A stretch of DNA of 38,278 bases from Candidatus Berkelbacteria bacterium CG06_land_8_20_14_3_00_43_10 (GTDB lineage: Bacteria > Patescibacteriota > UBA1384 > GWA2-35-9 > CG2-30-43-20): positions 1 to 38,278 of the forward strand of contig PEVO01000026.1 in assembly GCA_002780235.1 (NCBI GenBank). Direction: 5' to 3'. The notes beneath the pieces were generated by a model. It was not told the origin of the DNA, did not search any database, and saw nothing but the letters and a program-made list of their open reading frames with translations. The translations under genes were made by a program, and so were the position numbers. Positions 32,859 through 38,278 of the stretch are shown one piece after another; positions within the stretch are counted from its first letter, which is position 1; each line of letters opens with the position of its first letter.

Positions 32859-33176
32859 ATGATCCCTCGCTCACACCGCCTCCCTGCCAAGCAGATTGTT
32901 AAATTAGTGCGGAGCGCCCACCGGCACCATAGCCCATCTCTGGTGCTTTTTTGGCGCACATCGACCTACCCGCAGACACGGATCGCAATAATGGTATCGC
33001 GCAAAGTAAACACGCGGGCAACGGTGCGCAATCTCATGCGGCGGCGCGTTGCGCAGATATGCATGACGAATACGCAGAAAATAGGGTCGCGCGACGTTAT
33101 TATATCGGTCAAAAAACAAGCGACCCAAGAGATATATGAAAAAGAGATACTCCAATGGCTCGGCGCATCGCGTTAG
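32859..33176 (+). CDS. rnpA: ribonuclease P protein component
   Basis: A 105-aa basic protein (RIAIMVSRKVNTRATVRNLMRRRV) immediately downstream of rpmH. Confidence 0.85.
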   Translation: MIPRSHRLPAKQIVKLVRSAHRHHSPSLVLFWRTSTYPQTRIAIMVSRKVNTRATVRNLMRRRVAQICMTNTQKIGSRDVIISVKKQATQEIYEKEILQWLGASR

Positions 33177-33391
33177 CAAGTATACGTCTGTATCAAAAAA
33201 CCCTGTCACCCGATCATGGATGGTTTAAACACAGATATTCGGCAGGGTATTGTAAGTATGAGCCGACGTGTTCCGAGTATACCTATCAAGCGATCAAAAG
33301 ATATGGTATTATAAAGGGCGCTGTCAAGGGCGCACACCGAATAGTGCGGTGCAACCCATGGAGTAAGGGGGGAGAAGATCCTGTGAAGTAA
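33155..33391 (+). CDS. yidD: membrane protein insertion efficiency factor YidD
   Basis: IRLYQKTLSP....CKYEPTCSEYTYQAIKRYGIIKGAVKGAHRIVRCNPWSKGGEDPV is the YidD signature. It overlaps the end of rnpA. Confidence 0.9.
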   Translation: MARRIALASIRLYQKTLSPDHGWFKHRYSAGYCKYEPTCSEYTYQAIKRYGIIKGAVKGAHRIVRCNPWSKGGEDPVK

Positions 33392-33474
33392 AAAGTCACA
33401 AAGTTCATAAAGTCTAAAACGGATTCCATGGTTTTCACTTTACAAACTTTATAGACTTTCGACTTTATAGACTA
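33392..33474. repeat. iteron-like palindromic intergenic element, copy B
   Basis: The core GGATTCCATGGTTTTCACTTTA (33421-33442) is identical to 13720-13741. It is flanked by AAAGTC-type units on the left (33392-33414) and ACTTTACAAACTTT / ATAGACTTT units on the right (33437-33474). Confidence 0.7.
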
Positions 33475-33480
33475 ATAATC

Positions 33481-34308
33481 ATGAAAGAATTTTTTAAAAT
33501 CATTCTCTACAAACCACTCTACAACATCTTAATGGTGCTTATTTTACTGACCCCACAACACTCACTTGCGGTCGGTGTGGTTGCTTTGACTGTTCTTATC
33601 CGCATTGCGTTGCTACCTGCAACAAAATCGATAACCCGCCAGCAAGCGCTGATGGCAAAGGTCAAACCAGAACTCGATGAACTGCAAAAGAAGCATAAAG
33701 GTGACCAGGCAACGCTCGCGCGCGAAACGATGGCGTTTTACAAAAGGCACCACGTGAGTCCGTGGGGGTCATGTCTGCCGATGATCTTACAGTTGGTTAT
33801 TCTTATTATCCTTTATCGAGTATTTATCGCTGGCGTTGCGACGGTGCGCACCGATCTGCTCTACTCATTTATTCCCAACCCCGGCACCATCAACCCATTC
33901 TTCTTTGGTATTGATCTATCCAAGCCTGATCTGTGGATATTACCGGTCATTACGGGTTTGTTGCAGTTTGTGCAGACATGGCAGATGATGCCAAAAAGTA
34001 AAAAAGGGACAACAAACGCAAACGATCCGTCTGCCATGATACAAAAGCAGATGGTGTATGTGTTGCCAGTCTTTACTGTGGTCATCGCGCGCAGTTTCCC
34101 TGCAGCGCTGCCACTGTATTGGGCGATATCAAGTGTTATCTCTATCATCCAACAAACCTATATCTTGCGCGCAACGGCAAAAATTAGTCTTAAACAAGCA
34201 GATGCGTTGCTGGGAAGTGGCGCCGATGATGTGACGGTAACCGAAACCAAAGAAGTTATTACTAAAAAAGATGTCGAAATAACAGTGCGTAAAAAGAAAA
34301 GCGAATAG
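33481..34308 (+). CDS. yidC: membrane protein insertase YidC (short, Gram-positive/Oxa1-like form)
   Basis: YKPLYNILMVL...LTVLIRIALLPATKSITRQQALMAKVKPELDELQKKHKGDQATLARETMAFYKRHHVSPWGSCLPMILQL are the conserved YidC/Oxa1 blocks. Synteny with yidD. Confidence 0.9.
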   Translation: MKEFFKIILYKPLYNILMVLILLTPQHSLAVGVVALTVLIRIALLPATKSITRQQALMAKVKPELDELQKKHKGDQATLARETMAFYKRHHVSPWGSCLPMILQLVILIILYRVFIAGVATVRTDLLYSFIPNPGTINPFFFGIDLSKPDLWILPVITGLLQFVQTWQMMPKSKKGTTNANDPSAMIQKQMVYVLPVFTVVIARSFPAALPLYWAISSVISIIQQTYILRATAKISLKQADALLGSGADDVTVTETKEVITKKDVEITVRKKKSE

Positions 34309-34317
34309 TCAGCTCGC

Positions 34318-34490
34318 ATTATGGGTCTGTCGGCAAATGCGCTTTTGAAAGCGAAAATTGACAATACGTAGTCGAAAACTTCTAAAAGCGACGACGCCTA
34401 ACAGGTTTGTTAAGCGGAGGAGCTTTTGGGAATTTGCAGACAGTAGTGTCAATTTGCAGCCAAAATGGTATTTGTCGACAGACCCATTAT
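34318..34490. repeat. 173-bp long imperfect inverted repeat built from two inverted copies of the TGGGTCTGTCG...AAATTGACA module (MITE-like or structured RNA)
   Basis: The ends ATTATGGGTCTGTCGGCAAAT (34318-34338) and ATTTGTCGACAGACCCATTAT (34470-34490) match as an inverted repeat at 18/21 positions. The inner pair is AAATTGACA (34355-34363) and TGTCAATTT (34448-34456). A related copy lies at 3570-3609. Confidence 0.65.
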
Positions 34491-34528
34491 AGGCTTTTCT
34501 TTTGGCTGAAATTATTATCAATTATGCA

Positions 34529-35317
34529 TTATGAATTTTCAATTTCTTCCCCGTACTCCTTAATTTCCGCCCCTTTCCAGGCAAGTTCGAAGATGGCTTT
34601 TTGTCCATTGGCAATGCTTTCTGATTCGATCACGACCGCTACCAACTCATCTTCCAGTGAAATAATGGCAACTTTGTTGCGATAGATGTTAATCTCGTTG
34701 GTAAAGGGGAAGAGCTCTGGCGCTACTAAGCGAGTTTGGCGTAATTGCTGGGGGTCTTTATCAGTGTAAAAACGAGTATTTTGCGTGTCTGGAGCTATCG
34801 CACGAACGGATATATTTTGCTCAATTCTTCTTTTAATATACTCAATTTGAAACTCGTTACTTGGCATATTGATGCCTTCGCCCGAGGAATAGGACAGGAT
34901 CTCGCTTCCCTTGGGAATGCGCAAAGAATCGTTCATCGCTGAGATAATGCCTTTTTCTCCCTCAAAAAACTGGACTTTGGGACGAGTTTTAGATCTCTTT
35001 TGAATAGTATGGAATATGGGTAAGGCGCTTTCAAAACGTTTAATCTTTTCTAGCTGGCTGGTGTAGAAGTTATCAGGTTCAACCGCCGAATATCTACTAA
35101 CTCCTTTGGTCTCAATTTCTGATACCAACCCCTTATCGATCAGTTTACCCAGTACGCCATAGACATAGGTCCTCTGGACACCCGATTCTTGACCGATCTG
35201 GGTAACGCCGGTTTGCCCTAAAGCGAGACATGCGAGATAGACTGCACTCTCTTTTTCGTTTAACCCAAAATCCGATAGAAGGGTAGTTGGGTTAATATTT
35301 GTTCTTTTACTACTCAT
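34529..35317 (-). CDS. TrmB-family transcriptional regulator
   Basis: ORF trimmed to MSSKRTNINP... (ATG 35317), because the ATG at 35335 lies inside the promoter spacer. LSDFGLNEKESAVYLACLALGQTGVTQIGQESGVQRTYVYGVLGKLIDKGLVS is the TrmB wHTH pattern. Confidence 0.8.
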   Translation of the reverse strand: MSSKRTNINPTTLLSDFGLNEKESAVYLACLALGQTGVTQIGQESGVQRTYVYGVLGKLIDKGLVSEIETKGVSRYSAVEPDNFYTSQLEKIKRFESALPIFHTIQKRSKTRPKVQFFEGEKGIISAMNDSLRIPKGSEILSYSSGEGINMPSNEFQIEYIKRRIEQNISVRAIAPDTQNTRFYTDKDPQQLRQTRLVAPELFPFTNEINIYRNKVAIISLEDELVAVVIESESIANGQKAIFELAWKGAEIKEYGEEIENS

Positions 35318-35323
35318 GAATAA

Positions 35324-35352
35324 ATTGTAACACATTTACAACAAAATGTCAA
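35324..35352 (-). promoter_or_regulatory. promoter of the TrmB gene, geometry implies a leaderless mRNA
   Basis: Minus strand TTGACA (35352-35347), N17, TACAAT (35329-35324). Only 6 nt separate the -10 from the ATG at 35317, and there is no SD. Confidence 0.6.
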
Positions 35353-35378
35353 TATACCACACATAAAGTAATAAACTA

Positions 35379-35407
35379 TTGACAAAAGTATATTTTTGTG
35401 CTATACT
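35379..35407 (+). promoter_or_regulatory. consensus-like promoter for 35546..36115
   Basis: TTGACA (35379-35384), N17, TATACT (35402-35407). The predicted leader is about 130 nt. Confidence 0.65.
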
Positions 35408-35545
35408 ATACAAGTCAAACTGGAAATTCGAAAGAACTACAGGGCGACGAAATTTGACAATTTGAACCCTCAACTCTTACCCAAAAGGTAAGAGGACACC
35501 GCAACCTTAAATATGGGCGGAATACAGAGAGGGTTTGGAGAAAAA

Positions 35546-36115
35546 ATGTACGAGAATATTGGCAATGTATGCATTGTCAGCTTATTGCTGGCATTGTTGG
35601 CAGGCTTTGCCCTGCTCACATTGTTTCTAGTAGATGGTGCGACCCGCGCGGCGGTGGCCGGTGTGTTGACCCTCCTGGTGGCAGGATGGATAACGGTAAT
35701 CGTGCAAAATGATTTCGGCAAGGTCGAAATCGTGACAGGGAGATACGGCTCCCTGATCGATGTGACAAACGACAGGAGGGTATACGGGATTGAGACGAAG
35801 TGTCTCAAAAAGATTCAGCCGGGCTTATATAGGGTTGGTGGAACCCGATACTATCGGGTGATACCGGCTCGGGAAGAGTACGAGCTGGTGGTTGAAACAA
35901 CGCCAGACAGCAAGCTGTTCTGGCTAGCAGGCGAAAAGAAAGCCCGCAAAAACGACAAACCCGTCGTTATAGCGGCGGGCTCGCGGGACAATGTCCTGCA
36001 CGGTACATCAATTAGTTGGGTCACCGCCCTGTGGCGGTGGGATCCCAACACCTGGAAAGGAGAGGAAAAGTCAGGGATAGAGAATGGTCAGCTAATTCTC
36101 GTCCAATACAAGTAG
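35546..36115 (+). CDS. hypothetical membrane protein (two N-terminal TM helices)
   Basis: ORF 35513..36115. The ATG at 35546 is preferred because GGAG lies 5 nt upstream. TM segments are VCIVSLLLALLAGFALLTLFLV and AVAGVLTLLVAGWITVIV. GC is higher than in neighbouring genes. No family recognised. Confidence 0.6.
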   Translation: MYENIGNVCIVSLLLALLAGFALLTLFLVDGATRAAVAGVLTLLVAGWITVIVQNDFGKVEIVTGRYGSLIDVTNDRRVYGIETKCLKKIQPGLYRVGGTRYYRVIPAREEYELVVETTPDSKLFWLAGEKKARKNDKPVVIAAGSRDNVLHGTSISWVTALWRWDPNTWKGEEKSGIENGQLILVQYK

Positions 36116-36230
36116 ATAATAAACAATTAAACAGTTCGTCTGCTCTGAGGCAAAATCAGACCGAGTCACCTGCGTAGTGGTGAGCCATGGGAAGCAGTGC
36201 CCAATCAACCCCGCGGGCTTGTCCCGCACC

Positions 36231-36267
36231 CCCCATTTCGACCGCGAATCGAGATGGGGATTTTTTT
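36231..36267 (+). terminator. rho-independent terminator
   Basis: CCCCATTTCGA (36231-36241) pairs with TCGAGATGGGG (36249-36259) with one mismatch, followed by ATTTTTTT. Confidence 0.6.
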
Positions 36268-36309
36268 ATCTAAAATGATCATAAAATGACTGTATATAGT
36301 ATATAACAC

Positions 36310-36339
36310 TTGACAATATATGTAGTTATATTGTATAGT
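36310..36339 (+). promoter_or_regulatory. promoter of the AAA/DUF4143 ATPase gene (near-leaderless)
   Basis: TTGACA (36310-36315), N18, TATAGT (36334-36339). The ATG at 36349 is 9 nt after the -10, with no SD. The TTG start given in the ORF track is the -35 hexamer itself. Confidence 0.55.
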
Positions 36340-36348
36340 ATAAACACT

Positions 36349-37512
36349 ATGTATATCAAAAGAAATGCCGAGGATGTTGTGGTGCGCTACCTTAAATCAA
36401 ACAAGATAGTGCTTGTTTTTGGTGCCCGCCAGGTTGGGAAAACGACGTTAATTAAACAAATACTCAAAAGAAAAGGTGTACTCTTCCTTAACCTTGATAA
36501 TGAATCGGACAAGCAAAGGTTAATAAGCTCGTCTTCATTGCCCCCACAAGACGCTATAAAAGCTCTCGGCGGTCACAAGATAATCGTTATTGATGAGGCG
36601 CAACGTTTGTCGGAAACGGCGCGTATTGTCAAAGGTTGGTATGATGCCCAACTGCCGGTAAAAATGATCTTGCTTGGTTCGTCTAGTTTAAATCTGCTTA
36701 ACCAGTCAGCAGAAGCGCTTACAGGAAGAAACGAGAAGCTATTTTTGCCTCCATTGCTGTTTTCAGAAATTATTACAAACCAATCTTGGTATTCAGATGT
36801 CTACAGCAACGAGAAGCTTGAGAAAAACTTTCCCCCGCAACTGCAGGAACTGCTTTTACAGACGTTAGTTTTCGGTATGTATCCAGAAACAGTAACCACA
36901 ACGGACAAACCTGGTTATCTCTTAAACTTGGTTTCCGATTACCTCCTCAAGGATATTTTACAAATTGGTCTAGTTAAAGATCCGGATACAATTAAAAGAT
37001 TGCTCACCTTGTTAGCATATCAAGCAGGTAGCGAAGTGTCGGTCAACGAGTTGGCAAACTCTCTGCGGATTTCACGGATAACGGTCGATCGCTACCTTGA
37101 TTTATTAGAGCAGACGTTTGTTATCTTTCGCCTGCCAGCACTGAGTACAAATCAAAGAAAAGAGATAAGCAAAAATAACAAGATCTATTTTTGGGACACC
37201 GGCATTCGTAATGCGTTGCTTGGCGAACTCTCGCTTAACCCGCTCCGATCTGATATTGGCATATTATGGGAAAATTGGGTGGTCGCCGAGTTCGCTAAAG
37301 AAAATATGCTCTCCGGAATGAAAAAAAAGCTTTATTTTTGGCGATCGCGCGCCGGCGGGGAAGTGGATTTAGTTGTGAAAAATAGTGAGGGAACAATGGC
37401 AGCGTACGAAATAAAATGGGGGAATAAAAAAATTACAACCCCTCGGTTATTCAAAGAAAAATACAGCACCCAAGCAAAACTCATCGACAGAAGCCATCTG
37501 TTATTTATTTGA
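36349..37512 (+). CDS. AAA-family ATPase with DUF4143-type C-terminal domain
   Basis: Walker A VFGARQVGKTTLI, Walker B IIVIDEAQRL, and the C-terminal LYFWRSRAGGEVDLVV typical of the AAA_14/DUF4143 family. Confidence 0.85.
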   Translation: MYIKRNAEDVVVRYLKSNKIVLVFGARQVGKTTLIKQILKRKGVLFLNLDNESDKQRLISSSSLPPQDAIKALGGHKIIVIDEAQRLSETARIVKGWYDAQLPVKMILLGSSSLNLLNQSAEALTGRNEKLFLPPLLFSEIITNQSWYSDVYSNEKLEKNFPPQLQELLLQTLVFGMYPETVTTTDKPGYLLNLVSDYLLKDILQIGLVKDPDTIKRLLTLLAYQAGSEVSVNELANSLRISRITVDRYLDLLEQTFVIFRLPALSTNQRKEISKNNKIYFWDTGIRNALLGELSLNPLRSDIGILWENWVVAEFAKENMLSGMKKKLYFWRSRAGGEVDLVVKNSEGTMAAYEIKWGNKKITTPRLFKEKYSTQAKLIDRSHLLFI

Positions 37513-37553
37513 TACGGTGCCTTTCCATGCGAGTTCGAAGTATGATAAAAGAA

Positions 37554-37952
37554 CTATGATAAACTTCTCCAAGCCAAACTATGGAATAACCGAAGGATCT
37601 CGGATATATGGGCATCCTCAATAATTACGGTCTTCAACTCATTCCCATACGAAATCATTCCTAACTTATTCCCATACACAATAATTGTCCCGCCCAAAAT
37701 AGTTGGTTCTGGCAGGATTTTTATTTGTCTAAAATCTGCTTCTCCTTGGTTAATCAACTTTTGCGAAAAAGAAGAGCTATCGGCAATGATATATGACATC
37801 GTTTTTTTCATGCGTTTTCTACGATGAGTTATTTTTTGGAAATAATCTATTTCGGTGATGATTTTATCAAACGGTGTGTACGTGCCGGCGATCCAAAACG
37901 AATCTTTTCTGTAGTAGAGAACCTTTCCAAGAAGATCTGAAACTGGTATACT
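37554..37952 (-). pseudogene. TrmB-family gene remnant (C-terminal ~130 codons only, no HTH)
   Basis: The frame is open from a TAG at 37955-37953 down to the stop at 37554. The translation ...VLYYRKDSFWIAGTY...DYFQKITHRRKRMKKTMSYIIADSSS...TIIVYGNKLGMISYGNELKTVIIEDAHISEILRLFHSLAWRS parallels the C-terminal half of the intact paralogue 34529..35317 (VQFFEGEKGII...EYIKRRIEQNISVRAIAPDTQ...EINIYRNKVAIISLEDELVAVVIESE...IFELAWKGA). A second out-of-frame tail copy (SYFELAWKGTVSNK) lies at 37501-37545. Confidence 0.5.
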
Positions 37953-38013
37953 CTACCCATTGGAGAGGTCATGTCATTCGACATGATCCTATCGGATGAT
38001 AGGATCGCATATT

Positions 38014-38278
38014 ATGTATTACGCCTATATTCTTAAGCTGTCAAACGGTAACTTATACACCGGTTCTTCAAGTAATATTAAGCAAAGACTTTTAGAACAT
38101 ACCTCTGAAAAAGTAAAATCGACAGCTCATAAAAGACCCGTAAAGCTACTTCATTTTGAGGTATATACATTAAAGTCAGATGCGCAAAGAAGAGAAAGGT
38201 TCCTTAAAACAACGGAAGGGAAAAGATTGTTACGACAACAAATACGAGATATATTAAAAAAGGAAAAGTTAATAATTA
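38014..38278 (+). CDS. small GIY-YIG nuclease-family protein (partial, runs off the right edge)
   Basis: Not in the ORF track because there is no stop in the window. My translation is MYYAYILKLSNGNLYTGSSSNIKQRLLEHTSEKVKSTAHKRPVKLLHFEVYTLKSDAQRRERFLKTTEGKRLLRQQI..., which matches the stand-alone GIY-YIG (YhbQ/UPF0213-like) pattern YVYIL.c.dg.lYtG.t.dl.rRl.eH..g....t....PvkLvy.e....sea..rE...K. Confidence 0.8.
   Translation, partial: MYYAYILKLSNGNLYTGSSSNIKQRLLEHTSEKVKSTAHKRPVKLLHFEVYTLKSDAQRRERFLKTTEGKRLLRQQIRDILKKEKLII

Noticed and set aside
36116-36230. GC-rich structured stretch containing GGGAAGCAG (36189-36197), considered as an SRP (4.5S) RNA
   Set aside because: I could not build the conserved helix 8. 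There is no GNRA tetraloop closed by the expected symmetric and asymmetric loops, and no complementary 5-prime and 3-prime arms. It is more simply the 3-prime UTR preceding the terminator at 36231. An Infernal scan would settle it.
1-38278. Search for tRNA, rRNA, tmRNA or RNase P RNA genes
   Set aside because: By eye I found no T-loop-type GGTTCGAATCC-like motifs in cloverleaf context and no rRNA-like conserved blocks. Absence is not proven without tRNAscan-SE or Infernal.

Overview
This 38.3-kb window looks like the chromosomal replication-origin region of a small-genome bacterium. I infer a Patescibacteria/CPR (Saccharibacteria-like) source from gene content only: PaaX/Cas2-fold regulators, VirB2-like pilins and a T4SS-like locus. 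The core block is dnaA-dnaN-recF-DUF721(DciA-like) on the minus strand, diverging from rpmH-rnpA-yidD-yidC on the plus strand. DnaA-box clusters sit in both the rpmH/dnaA and the dnaA/dnaN intergenic regions. Left of that block is a roughly 15-kb, tightly coupled plus-strand locus at 13.8-28.5 kb that resembles a Gram-positive-type type IV secretion or pilus system. Its products are a PrgI/VirB3-like protein, a split VirB4 ATPase, a cell-wall hydrolase, PEGA/beta-propeller proteins, a C39-like peptidase, a 1299-aa secreted giant and a VirB2-like pilin fusion. A membrane-anchored double-AAA+ Clp/Hsp100 protein lies just upstream of it. Further left are three accessory modules. The first is a low-GC MvaI/BcnI-type restriction-modification cassette whose methyltransferase is fused to a complete LexA repressor. 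The second is a PaaX-like regulator bracketed by 36-38-bp palindromes. The third is a clearly GC-rich two-gene insert of unknown function. The right end carries a TrmB regulator, a membrane protein, an AAA/DUF4143 ATPase, a TrmB-like gene remnant and a partial GIY-YIG gene. Three coding regions are missing from the supplied ORF track: rpmH, a left-edge partial ORF and the right-edge GIY-YIG gene. I also found two intergenic repeat families. No tRNA, rRNA or CRISPR array was seen. All family calls come from motif recognition by eye, not database searches.
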